From Squalus acanthias (Eukaryota), in contig CM059432.1 in assembly GCA_030390025.1 (NCBI GenBank), positions 78,618,001 to 78,682,000 of the forward strand: a DNA stretch of 64,000 nucleotides, written 5' to 3'. Positions 11,154-23,581 of the stretch are shown piece after piece (the stretch's first letter is position 1; every line of letters begins with the position of its first letter). The translations under genes were made by a program, and so were the position numbers. The notes under the pieces were generated by a model. That model saw only the letters and a program-made list of their open reading frames with translations. It was not told the origin of the DNA and ran no database searches.

Positions 11154-13008
11154 ATGGCACAAAATGGCAGAGAGTGGGCTCCAGGATTTTTGGACGCTGT
11201 ACTGGATGTCTTGGTGGAGGAGGTGGAAAGGAGGAGAGATATCCTGTATCTACAGGAGGACAGCAGGCCCTCCAGACACACAGTCAAAAGGCAGTGGGAG
11301 CAGATCGCCATGGAGGTCAATGCCAGGAGTCAAGCACCGAGAACCTTATTGCAATGCTGCAAGAAGTTCAATGACCTCACACGAGTAGTCAAGGTGAGTG
11401 AATGCATCTTCAAATGTCATATCCTACCAACTGCACCACGAGCCTCAGCCACTGCTCAATTCACCACACCCCCATCACTCACCTACCAACAATCTCTATC
11501 AATCAGGATGCATACCTCACATTCATAGCTTCACCTCACCCTCACACACTTAGCACTGCTGCAAGCCTCACACCCACATTTTCCAGCTTGCACACACTGC
11601 CAGCTATTCAACCATGACAGCCACATCACTCAAACAGATTGCACGACACTCACTGACACACTTCCCTCTCTCTTGCAGGACAAAGTTTTACACAACCGGA
11701 ATCAGCAGGAGCTAACCAGAGGGGGACAGCCATGACCTAAACTTCATGGAGGAGATGGTGCTGGCCATTATTGGAATGGTAATTGGTGAGCCCATGGCCA
11801 GTGGCGGGGCTGAAGCCATCGAAGATGATGGTATCCCCATATCTAATCCTCCTTCTCACAGCCCACTTCACCCACAATCTCTTCTGATTTACAAGATGCA
11901 GCTGGTGTAAGCATGCACCTCTCACTGCCCCCTCCCTTCCCTCACCACAGCCTTACCCTTGTGCCTTTTTCCTTTCAGACACCCAAGAAGTGCAACCTGG
12001 CCAGACATTGGAGGAACACCAACAAGCGAGCAATGATGAAGACCCAGCACCGTCACTTGATTCCGCACTCGCAGCCACCAGCTCAGATACTGACACTGCG
12101 TATCTTTGATGATAGATTAGAGGTGGGATCTGCACATGGTGAGACACCGGGCATGAGTGGGCTGCAGTCAGGGCAGGAGGAAAGGGTAGCACAGTTGCCA
12201 GCTCGCCAGAGGGCAAGATGGCACATGTGCTTCGCTGCAGAGGACTCAGCTGAGGACTTCGATGGGGCAGCCTACAGAAGAACGCTGTTGGGTGGGTACG
12301 CACAACGAAATGCTTGGTGCCTTGGGAAGCTTGCCGGAAAGCCTCCATTCAATGTCAAGGAGCATGGAGGAGTCCAGCGCCAGCTTGGCAGAGCTTGCAG
12401 CGCATTCTTTCCAGCATGGAAGTGGTGGCCAATTCCGTTCACACAATTGTGGACCCAACCATGAAGCAGCATCTGATGGCCATGTCACAACTTCCATTGC
12501 AGCACAATCAGCAGCCACCCAATGTCTGAGTGCTGCAGTGGAAGCTCAGAGTGCTGCCATCATGGCTGCGGGTTACAGTGTTCAAAGGGGCTTGCAGGGG
12601 GTCACAGTAGTCCAGCAATCTGTCCTCCAACAGATTACTAGGATTGCTGAAGCACCACCTCAGGGGAGTGGCAGTGGTGCCATGGAGCATGAACCTGCTG
12701 TCCTCTCTAAGGAGGACAGCATTCGCTTTCCCACCCCTCCTACTCCGCCATTGCCCTTGCTGTTGCCCATCAGCCAGCCAGCCTAGACTGCTGGCGCTCA
12801 TGCTGAGGTGGTGCAGTCTGCAGCCAGGCCTTCTACACCCAGTGCTGCTTGAGGTCATCTTCCAAGGTCATCTGCAGTCTCCTTCACTGAAAGTCAGCAG
12901 CCTTCCACCAGCCATCCTGCAGCCACTGGGGTAGCACTGTGTAGGAGCACTAGGACAGGCAAAGGCACATGAAAGACAGGCACTAAGGTAATGTACAAGG
13001 ATGATTAG
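11154..13008 (+). pseudogene. Harbinger Myb/SANT-like DNA-binding protein, 3 exons (exon 1 11154-11393; exon 2 ~11679-11830; exon 3 from ~11979), frameshifted
   Basis: Exon 1 reads ...WEQIAMEVNA..RTLLQCCKKFNDL..K followed by GTGAGT; acceptors ctctcttgcag and tttcctttcag; exon 3 split over several frames. Confidence 0.85.
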
Positions 13009-13259
13009 TTTATGTTTGTATGCAATATGGCAAGATTTCAGTTATAAATTTGGTTTGGAATGTTTATTTTGTGGTGCTTTTTATTTTTGCATTGTGGCCA
13101 AGCAGACATTGTGATGGTCAGTGCCAGAGGGAAGGCAAGGTTTGGGACTGTTGGTGAATGGGGAATTAGGGTTGCGGTTACTGGTATAGCACTCAAATTA
13201 GATCTTCACAGACAGCCCAAGCAGAAAGGGGCTAAGTCACCTTCTCCTCCTCCGTTTCC

Positions 13260-14195
13260 TCCCGTATAGCTGGTGGCAAGGGCTGCCCTCATGATGACGA
13301 GGTTGTGCAGCATGCAGCAGACCACCATGAATCTTGACACCCGCTCTGCCGAGTACTGCAGGGCTCCTCCAGAGCGGTCCAGGCAGCGGAAGCATTGTTT
13401 CAGTATGCCATTGGTCTACTCTATTACATTTCTTGTGGCAGCATGGCTTTCATTGTATGCATACTGCGCACATGTGCATGGGTTGCACACCGGAGTCATG
13501 AGCCATGTCATCAGCGGATAGTCCTTGTCCCCCAGTAGCCACCCTTTGGTTTGCTGCGGTGGCTCAAATGCAGATGGCACAGTGGACTGCCACAGAATGA
13601 TGGCATCATGACTGCTGCCAGGATACCAGGCATTCACCTGCAAGATTCGCTGTGTATGGTTGCACAACAGCTGGACATTGAGGGAGTGGAATCCCTTTCG
13701 GTTCCGTTATATGGCAGAGTTGACATGCGGCACCCTCAAAGCGATGTGCATGCAGTCAATGGCACCCTGCACCATGGGGAAGTCTCCAACCTAGCAAAGC
13801 GTAGCACTCGCTCCACCTGCTAGTATCTGGCAAGAGAGAATTAAATGTAGTTAGCTGTCTTTGAATAGAGAGCCTCAGTGACCTCCCTTATGCAGCAGTG
13901 GACAGCAAGATGCATAAAAGTTCATCACCGCGGTTGCAGTTGTGGCTGCAGCAGGTGGAAAATTTCAGTGAGGACATGCTAATTGAAGCACAAGCGTCTC
14001 TCACATTGTTCCTCGCTGAGGTTCAGGTAGGAGAATTGCTCCCTGAACACCCTGGGTGGATATGGCCTCCTGCTGAGAGAACTTCTCGCCCTCCTCCTCC
14101 TCCTGTCTTCGAGCAGCTTGTCCTGCTCTGCGTGGCCTCTGTTCATTCTCCAAGTCATGCTGTATTCCAAGGGGAAAGCTTACTACTTTACCGAT
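13260..14195 (-). pseudogene. Harbinger (HARBI1-like) DDE transposase remnant
   Basis: Fragments [47 protein letters not shown] motif; stops and frameshifts. Confidence 0.9.
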
Positions 14196-14768
14196 GTCTG
14201 GGAGCAACAGGTTTTTGCAGAAGCCTTGAAGTCAGCAAAAAGTCGTTCAGCACCTGCCACACGACTCCCTGTAGACTTTTACAACTTGAAAGAACTATGG
14301 AAAACACCAAACACTTGTGCAATCAAAGCCAGAAGAAATAAACCAGCAACTAAACTTTAAGTAGTTGATGATCCCTTTAAATAGCGCTGGTGGGGGCTCC
14401 TTCCTGCTGCTGAACACGTGTTCAACTGTGAGAGGTTGGATGAAGCGTTGAGCTCAAAAATGGCACCACTGGCATCAAATCAGCATTGCACACTGATTGA
14501 CGTCATGACCTGCCTGCTTTGCATACTTCCGGTGGACGTTAGCTGTCACCAATATGGCATCAGGCCGATTGACAGCAGAAGCGTGCGTGCGCGCATCAAG
14601 TGCTGTTTTGGTCCCCGAACGGCACCCGTTGGCCCATACAACGGGCACTAAGCCCAATTTTGCGCCCAAAATGTTTAAAGACATTTAAAGAAAGACAATT
14701 ACAAGACAAAATGAAGAGTAGAAGCTTAAAGGGAACAACTAGGGACACTAATGTTAATGTAACAATAT

Positions 14769-17700
14769 GGAACGGTAGCATAGTGGTAATGTCACTAGGC
14801 TAGTAATCCAGAGGCCTGGACTAATGATCCAGAAACGTGAATTCAAATCCCACCACGGCAGCTGGGGAATTTAAATTCAGTTAATTAAATAAATCTGGAA
14901 TAAAAAGCTAGTATCAGTAATGAAACTATCGGATTGTCGTAAAACCCCATCTGGTTCACTAATGTCCTTTAGGAAAGGAAATCTGGCCTATATGTGACTT
15001 CAGACCCACAGCAATGTGGTTGACTCTTAACTGCCCTCTGAAATGGCCTAGCAAGCCACTCAGTTGTAACAAACCGCTACGAAACACAATAATAAGAATG
15101 AAACCGGACAGACTATGGACATGGTAACGGCACACCCAGCCCAGTCGACCCTGCAAGGTCGTCCTCAGGGGACTTGTGCCAAAATTGGGAGAGCTGTCCC
15201 ACAGATTAGTCAAGCAACAGCCTGACATAGTTATACTCACAGAATCATACCTTTCAGCCAACGTCCCAAACTCCTCCATCTCCATCCCTGGGTATGTCCT
15301 GTCCCACCAGGGGTGGCGGCACAGTGGTATACAGTTGGGAAGGAGTGGGCCTGGGAGTCCTCAACATTGACTCCAGACCCCATGAAGTCTCATGGCTTCA
15401 GGTCAAGCATGGGCAAGGCAACCTCCTGCTGATTACCACCTACTGCCCTCCCTCAGCTGATGAATCAGTACTCCTCCATGTTGATCACCACCACTTGGAA
15501 GAAGCACTGAGAGTAGCAAGGGCACAGAATGTACTCTGGGTGGGGGACTTCAATGTCCATCACCAAGAGTGGCTTGGTAACACCAGAGCTGGCTGAGTCC
15601 TGAAGGACATAGCTGTCAGTCTGAGCCTGCGACAGGTAGTGAGAAAACCAACGCTAGGGAATAACCTACTTGACCTTGTCCTCACCAATCTACCTGTCGC
15701 AGATGCATCTGTCCATGACAGTATTGGCAGCAGTTACCACCGCACAGTCCTTGTGGAGACGAAGTCCCATCTTCACACTGAGGACACCCTCCATCGTGTT
15801 GCGTGGCACCGTGCTAAATGGGATAGATTCAGAACAGATCTAGCAGCTCAAGACTGGGCATCCACGAGGCGCTGTGGGGCAGCAGCAGAATTGTATTCCG
15901 CCACAATCTGTAACCTCATGGCCTGGCATATCCCTCACTCTACCATTACCACCAAACCAGGGGACCAACCCTGGTTCAATAAGGAGTGTAGAAGAGCATG
16001 CCAGGTGCACCTAAAAATGAGGTGCCAACCTGGGGAAGCTGCAACACAGGACTACATGCATGCTAAAAAGCAGAAGCAGCATGCTATAGACAGGGCTAAA
16101 CGATCCCACAATCAACAGATCAGATCAAAGCTCTGCAGTCGTGCCACATCGAGTCATGAATGGTAGTGGACCATTAAACAACTAACGGGAGGAGGAGGCT
16201 CCATGAATATCCCCATCCTCAATGATGGTGGAGCCAAGCACGTGAGTGCAAAAGACAAGGCTGAAGCGTTTGCAACCATCTTCAGCCAGAAGTGCTGAGT
16301 GGATGATCCATATCGGCCTACTCCTGGGGTCCCCACCATCACAAAAGCCAGTCTTCAGCCAATTCGATTCACTCCACGTGATATCAAGAAACGGCTGAGC
16401 GCACTGGATACAGCAAAGGCTATCGTGCTGAAGACTTGTGCTCCAGAACTAGCCGCTCCTCTAGCCAAGTTGTTCCAGTACAGCTGCAACACTGGCATCT
16501 ATCCGACAATGTGGAAAACTGCCCAGTTAGGCCCTGTCCACAAAACGCAGGACAAATCCAATGCAGCCAATTATCGACCCATCAGTCTACTCTCAATCAT
16601 CAGCAAAGTGATGGAAGGTGTCATCGACAGTGCTTTCAAGCGGCACCTGCTCACTGATGCCCAGTTTGGGTTCTGCCAAGACCACTCGGCTCCCGACCTC
16701 ATTACAGCCTTGGTCCAAACATGGACAAAGGAGCTGAATTCCAGAGGTGAGGTGAGAGTGACTGCCCTTGACATCAAGGCAGCATTTGACCGAGTGTGGC
16801 ATCAAGGAGCCCTAGTAAAACTGAAGTCAATGGGAATCGGGGGGAAAACTCTCCACTGGCTGGAGTCATAACTAGCACAAAGGAAGATGGTTGAAGGTCA
16901 ATCATCACAGCCCCAGGACATCACTGCAGGAGTTCCTCAGGGCAGTGTCCTAGGTCCAACCATCTTCAGCTGCTGCATCAATGACCTTCCCTCCAGCATA
17001 ACATCAGAAATGGGGATGTTCGCTGATGACTGCACAGTGTTCAGCGCCATTCACAACTCCTCAGGTAATGAAGCAGTCCATGCCCGCATGCAACAAGACC
17101 TGGACGATGTTCAGGCTTGGGTTGATAAGTGGCAGGTAACATTCGTTCGACAGAGTGCCAGTCAATGACTATCTCCAACAAGCGAGAGTCTAACCACTGC
17201 CCCATGACATTCAACGGCATTACCATCGCCGAATCCCCCCCCATCAACATCCTGCGGGGTCACCATTGACCAGAAACTTAACTGGACCAGCCACATAAAT
17301 ACTGTGGCTACAAGAGCATGTCAGAGGCTAGGTATTCTGCGGCAAGTATCTCACCTCCTGACTCCCCAAAGCCTTTCCACCATCTACAAGGCACAAGTAA
17401 GGAGTGTGATGAAATACTCTCCACTTGCCTGGATGAGAGCAGTTCCAACAACACTCAAGAAGCTCGACACCATCCAGGACAAAGCAGCCCACTTGATTGG
17501 CACCCCATCCAACACCTTAAACATTCACTCCCTCCACCACCGGAGTACCGTGGCTGCAGTGTACACCATATACAAGATGCACTGCAGCAACTCGCCAAGG
17601 CTACTTCGGCAGCACCTCCCAAACCCGTGACCTCTTCCACCTAGAAGGACAAGGGCAACAGGCGCACGGGAACACCACCACCTCCAAGTTCACCTCCAGG

Positions 17701-17924
17701 TCACACACCATCCTGACTTGGAAGTATATCGCCGATCCTTCATCGTCGCTGGGTCAAAATCCTGGAACTCCCTCCCTAACAGCACTGTGGAAGTACCTTC
17801 ACCATACGGACTGCAGCTGTTGAAGAAGGTGGCTCACCACCACCTTCTCAAGGGCAATTAGGGATGGGCAATAAATGCTGGCCTTGCCAGCGACACCCAC
17901 ATCCCATAAACGACTAAAAAAAAA
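14769..17924 (+). mobile_element. Apparently full-length single-ORF LINE (APE endonuclease + RT, CR1/L2-group) with tRNA-like 5' head and short poly(A) tail; ORF disrupted
   Basis: EN motifs (PDIVILTESYL, VGDFNVHH, LDLVLTN) and RT motifs (NYRPISLL, ALDIKAAFDRVWH, GVPQGSVLGP, FADD, YKAQVRS). Likely stop TAG at 17859-17861; 3' stem-loop gctggc-ctt-gccagc; A-tail 17916-17924. Confidence 0.9.
14776..14851 (+). promoter_or_regulatory. tRNA-derived internal RNA polymerase III promoter (A box and B box) at LINE 5' end
   Basis: A box TAGCATAGTGG (14776-14786); anticodon-loop-like CTAGTAA (14800-14806, Thr-AGT-like); B-box-like GAATTCAAATCCC (14839-14851, one deviation from GTTCRANNC). Confidence 0.7.
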
Positions 17925-18511
17925 TTGGTAACTTGGCCAACAGCCCATCTAGAAATGAATTATATTTATTTTAGTCTGACAGCATGAATCAGAGCCTCTA
18001 ACTTAGATGACCCGATTAACTTGAAGGCATCAGAGTGACCTTTCTATTCTTATCAAATGAATCAGAAATACCAACTTAGGGCAAAATAAAAAGAAAAAGA
18101 TTGTTTGTTTAACATGCACTACTTGTACAGGAGCATATCCATTATTTCTATTTATCTCCTATGATAATTATTTATGTATTTTTTATGATTCATTCCCTAT
18201 TTTCTCCTATTGGAAGTTACCCCACCACCTTCTCAATTCATATTCATCTCCTTTAAGCAGGATGGCTCTATCCAGGAAACTCTCCACAGCTGCTCTCAAT
18301 CATGTTTATTGATCAACCTTAGGGTGCAAGCTAAGGCAGTACAATGTCAAATCAGGCTCTGCCAGTCAATTTTCAAATGGCATTTGCTCCCTACAGGAAG
18401 CAGAATTAGGATTCAAACTCAAGTAACTTAGTCTGGAGTTCTACAATTATACCCTCATAGTAACCAAGTAATTGCTGCCATTTTATTTTGAATCAAGTGT
18501 TGCTCGATCAG

Positions 18512-18830
18512 ATCACAGAATCACAGAATCACAGAATCCCCACAGTGCAGATAGAGGCCATTTCGGCCCATCGAGCCTGCACCGACCCATATCCCACCCT
18601 ATCCCCGTAACCCCACGTATTTAATCCCCCCTAACACTAAGGGTCAATTTATCATAGCCAAATCAACCTAACCCGCACATCTTTGGACTGTGGGAGGAAA
18701 CCGGAGCACCCGGAGGAAACCCACACAGACACGGGGAGAATGTGCAAACTCCACACAGACAGTCACCCAAGGCCGGATTCGAACCCGGGTCCCTGGCGCT
18801 GTGAGGCAACAGTGCTAACCACTATGCCCC
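18512..18830 (-). mobile_element. HE1-type V-SINE (tRNA head, V-domain, CR1/HER1-like tail)
   Basis: B box (rc of ggattcgaacccggg); V-domain ggaaaccggagcacccggaggaaacccac; tail (ACAGAATC)n plus gaggccatttcggccc. Confidence 0.9.
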
Positions 18831-20434
18831 ACACAGATGGTGTGGGGCTCCCAGCCACCGACAGTGGAGGGCATCACAAGTTGCTGGTATGGGATCATTT
18901 AAATAGTCAGGTGGGCGACTGCTTCAAAATGGGTGTAACTGAGGCACGTGCCCCACTGTCAACCACAAAATTGGAGAGGTGCCATACTGCTCCAATGGCT
19001 GAATGACAGGCCCTTACAGGTTCGAAGAGAAAATAGATTTTTTTTCCTTTCCCAAAGAGAAACATGGGCCTTAATTTGGAGGTCATTGATTACTTATCCC
19101 TGGGGACTTTTAGGTGCCTTTGGAAGGCCCATTTCAAAGCTGATGCCTGCACTCAGCTGGCATGCTTTTGATTGGCTTATGGAAGATATGCTGGACAGAA
19201 TTCTTCAGGTAGCCTGGAAAAGTTCCCGGACACACCCCAAAGCTGTGTTCTGATGTGGAGGGGTTCAGAAGAAAGAATCATCCACTCCTCCCCCAACCAG
19301 AATTTGGCCAGTATGTTAGACGAGGTGGAATCCCAGAGGATCCGGGTCTCACCCCAAATTGCCGCTCCTCCTTGTGTGATCCACCTGTCTGCCCCCTGAC
19401 ACCACACCAAAATTTCGGCTCCTGAATGTTTTAAAATTGTAAACATGTTTGTGTATTGAGATCAAGGTGCATTTTGATTGTAAATCGTAATGGAATGTAT
19501 GTATAGATTCAGAGATTTATATAGAATACACACATCTTCAAATTCCTTATTAATCTAAAAAGTCAACATTGCCCTCCCTCATTGCTTTCTTTGGCAGCCT
19601 TTCCCCTTAAGCAAATGATTAATATTTCAAATCTCAGCCAGCTAACTTATCTTGAAGGGAGCTATGCTCACTCTCCCCAATTCTGCCTGATTGAATAAGT
19701 CATTAACTTAGCTGAGTTACCTTACTGGAAGGGAGACATGCTATCCCTTATAGAATTAATTACAGTCACTAAGTGGTGAAGTCGAAGTCCGATTATATTG
19801 GGTTTTGTTTGGGCGAGCACACTGGGAGCTACAATACAAATTAGGGCTATGTAGTAAATGCCTGCAAATCAATTTAAAGGAGTGATAATTATTTAAAAAA
19901 GGAAGTACTTAAACAATTAGCAACATAAAATTACTTTATTTTTGATTAATCATTTATTCAATCAATAACTTGGAATGTTAGAAAACAGTCAGACTTCTCC
20001 GGCAAACCAAACCTAGATCCTAAACTAATTAAAAGTCAAATTCTGTGTTCTTTGCCACTATCTAGCTAACTACTCTTGAAGGAAGTCATATTTTCTTTTA
20101 TACTGTTCAAACCAATTAGAACATTAATTTAATTATCTTTCATACCTCAAACGGAGTAACACATCATCCTTCCACTCTAATGGAGCAAATCAGGACCATC
20201 AATTGTTCTCAACAGTTGGAAGAAGCTGTGGAATTGAAGCATTAAACAAAATAAATAAATATACTTTAAAGTTCAGCCTAGATGCAAACTGAATGGATAA
20301 TTTATAATGAAAGACCATTTTTAAAGGGATTGGAGATAAATAAGTTTACGACAACTTGATTAAAAATGAGCAAACTTCAAAGAAATCATTTTAGACGGTG
20401 CAAATCTTTTCTGTATTCTTTGTATGTCATCTTT

Positions 20435-20530
20435 CAAGAATAACTTGTATTTATATGGCACATTTAATGTAGAAAAATGTCCCAAGACACTTCACAGAGG
20501 CGTGATCAAAAAATGGACGCTGGGCAAAGA
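20435..20530 (-). mobile_element. L2-type 3' end fragment
   Basis: acttgtatttatatggcacatttaatgtag...cacttcacag resembles the L2/DeuSINE 3' terminus. Confidence 0.45.
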
Positions 20531-20654
20531 AAGCAAGAAAAGACTTGAAATGACAATGTAATGATTGATGCCCAACAATCGCTCAGTAAGTCTAGCCAGC
20601 GAATAGCTGAGTGATTCAGACCAAGAAGATGGCAGCACAATTATTTTTACCGCG

Positions 20655-20832
20655 AGTACAAGAACAGCACAAAAGGAGGTCATCCAGCATTCCAAAACAA
20701 ATCCCACTGCCTCACACTCTTCACATAGCCTTGTACCTTCCTCTGCTTCAAATATTTATCCAATTTTCTCTTAAAAGACGCAATGGTCCCTGCCTCAACC
20801 ACTCCGTGTGGCAAAGAATTCCACATTCTAAC
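20655..20832 (-). mobile_element. Old CR1 3' end
   Basis: Minus frame VRMWNSLPHGVVEAGTIASFKRKLDKYL is the CR1 ORF2 C-terminus. Confidence 0.8.
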
Positions 20833-21342
20833 ATCAATGAAATAAAAATTGGTGAGTTCTCCAACGGACCAACGAGCCAATCAGGCAGATTACTGCCCAG
20901 GTGCTTAAAATAAATAATCACCCCCGTGATGACTTCAGACTCTCTTTTCCCTTTCAAGTTATTATTTATCATCTGTTTCTTAATGTGAATTAACCAGTTT
21001 TGTACATCCTATTTTTCATTGTGGCATTCTTGTTATTACATGAGGTTGCAATGGTAATTAATAATTAATGAAGTTCCATTGCAATTTATGTATCACAATT
21101 TTTTTTAACTTCAATGACTAAAAGAAAAAATATACATGAATTTGGATAAGTGGATAAAACAATATAACACTGGGTACAGAGACTAAAGTTAAAGTTAGCA
21201 AAGATATATTTTAAAATCTGTGCTAGAAAAAATAAATAAAGCACCTTGTCCAAAACAATGGCTGTGAAATAATCATTAGGCTCTAATGTGTGTTTAGCTG
21301 CCTCTGGACTTCTGTATTATAGCCTTTTTTATGTGAAACATA

Positions 21343-23581
21343 GGCTGCGATTTTATCATTGGTGGCGGGTTGGGTGCAGGTCAGGTGGTCGGCGGGTTCC
21401 AGTCCCGCCGACGCTTTCAGCCAGTTAGAAATTGGAATTTTACCTTAATTGCCCTATAGAATCCCTGCGTGCGCGCTACCGGCCCAATCAGTGGTTTCGG
21501 GTCTGCTGCTCGCCTCTGCTGACGTCTGTCAGCCAGCTTCATTTAAGGGGCCTATGCAGCCTTCTTTCAGTCTTATCCTTTTATGTTGGTTTTCATGCTG
21601 CCAACTGCTCGCATGACCACTGCAAGAGCCAAGGCCTCTCCCCACTTTGATGATGACTCCCTCCAAGCTCTTGTGGATGAAGTGAGAGGGCGCCAGGAGG
21701 TAATATTCCCATCCTCTGGACGAAGGAAGCCTCCTCAGCAAAGCAAAACAGCCTGGCTGCAAATTGCTGAGGAGGTCAGCTCCAGATCATTGTGTGCTCG
21801 CTCCTGGGTCCAGTGCAGGAAAAGGTTTAATGACCTGGTTCACTCAGGAAAAGTGAGTATAACATCACACTTATACTCAATCTGCTCCCCATCTCCTCTC
21901 ATCACCAGCACTCTGCATTGTCAACCTACTCCTGCACATCCCACTTTACCCTTACATCCCTTGCACCCTTAACCATCCCTCTCTCTCTATGTACAGACTC
22001 ACTCCACTATTCGACTATGCTGCCCTCACACTCGCTATCACTGTTATGCAATGCCAACAACTAACAACGCACAGGGAGGGCCCTTGGTCTTGGCACCTCA
22101 CTCCATCTTTGTCCCCCTCTAAGCATCTATGCTATGGCTTCTCTACACTCACTCCATCATTCTCACTCAAACTCCACTTGTGTCCCTCATTGCAGGAAAA
22201 GAGAGCCCACAATAAGAGGGAGAGGGCTAGGACAGGAGGAGGGCCACCTTCCATTGCCCACATGATCAACGCTGAGGAGACGGCCCTCAAAATAATTGGA
22301 GGTGATGAGGATCTGGAAGTGGGGGACGGTCAGACGGGCGCAGCAGAGCAAGCTGGTGAGAGAATAGATTTGCATCTCTCTCATTTACATTGCATGAGTG
22401 ACTGATATGGCATCTGATGCTCATACAGATTGACTTATGATCATCTGCCCAAGTTGATGTGCATGCTACGTTAATATCACATATTTAACGCATGCCTTTA
22501 CTCCCCCACAGGACCATCAAGAGCCCCCCTCCCCACTGTCCAGGAGGAAGAGCGTGAAGACTCCTCAGAGGAAGCTGCAACTTCTGAGGGCGCAGCATCA
22601 GCAGAATTAAGCGCACCCGGCACCAGCGCAGATATGCACACCTCGGTGGGACCTTCGCGAGATAGAGTAGTGTTGTCACCTGGTGTATCACAGCTCACAT
22701 CAGCAGATGGTGGAGACAGGGACAGCAGTGGAGAGTCTTCGTTGGAGGCCGCAGGGCTCTCCCAGCTCTGCTCAGCTGCAAGTGGACCCTGTGCCTCTGG
22801 GGCCATCCAGAACGAGGGTGGTGCTGGAACTCCAGGAACAAGTGCAGGAGTCTCTGGCATGTTTTGCATCCAGGGTTACTGCGAGTGTGGAGACGATGGA
22901 GGAGTCCATGTCTAACATGAGCAGTGCCTTTGTGGAGGCAATGGCGCATGAACGCACCACCACGGAAAGGATGGCAACCTCCGTGGAAACGATGGCTACG
23001 GTAGAGGAAAGGATGGCTACGGTCATGGAGGAAATAAGTCGCCAGAGTCAGGGAAACATGGTGAATGTTCAGAATAGATTAACATCTCTGGAGGAGAAAT
23101 GGGCAGATATTGAGCAGAGAAACCAGAGCTTCATGGAAGTCTTTTTGAGGAGAACTGCCAGTGCAGATACGGGTCCTCATGGCTCCCCTGATGTGCAGCA
23201 AGGTGCTGTCCAGCCACTTGCTGGCACTGAAGTGGGGCTGACCCATGAGAGGGATGTTGGTGGCAGGCAATAAGGAAGTGGGGGCTCCTCTCCAAGCGCT
23301 CACACTCCTATGCCACTACGGAGCCCTCGGTCAGAGCCCCACCAGAGTCCTCACCCAACTGAGATGGGCGTCTCAGCCGCAGGAGGAACAAACTGTCAAC
23401 TGCCTTAAGGGCCTCTCCCGCCGCTTGGTGGCGGGACTGATCGGGACTCCCACAGCCGGCACTTGGGAAAATTGTTTGGAGGCGGGTTGACGGCGGGATC
23501 GCAACCCGCCGTCAATCAAAAAGATTTTAATCTTTGACCCGCCTCCAAACCCGCCCTCTGAGAGCCGATAAAATCACGGCC
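21343..23581. mobile_element. Non-autonomous Harbinger copy B retaining only the Myb-like gene
   Basis: TIRs GGCTGCGATTTTATC / GATAAAATCACGGCC (13/15); repeated subterminal GGCGGG motifs; no transposase sequence. Confidence 0.88.
21613..23273 (+). pseudogene. Myb/SANT-like gene, exons 21613-21852, 22196-22355, 22512-~23273; frameshift near 22700
   Basis: WLQIAEEVSS..RSWVQCRKRFNDL; canonical GT-AG sites; exon 2 contains RTGGGPP; small deletion relative to copy C breaks exon 3 frame. Confidence 0.85.

Larger units (their letters stand above)
10832..14667. mobile_element. PIF/Harbinger DNA transposon copy A (Myb-like gene +, transposase -), decayed
   Basis: Imperfect TIRs GGGCATAAATTGG / CCAATTTTGCGCCC; two convergent genes typical of Harbinger; TSD not evident. 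Confidence 0.9.

Noticed and set aside
14769..14860. Functional tRNA gene
   Set aside because: Duplicated arm, imperfect B box, no clean acceptor stem or terminator; it is a retroelement head
18683..19006. 107-aa ORF MDCGRKPEHPEETH
   Set aside because: Antisense translation of the SINE V-domain, a common spurious protein
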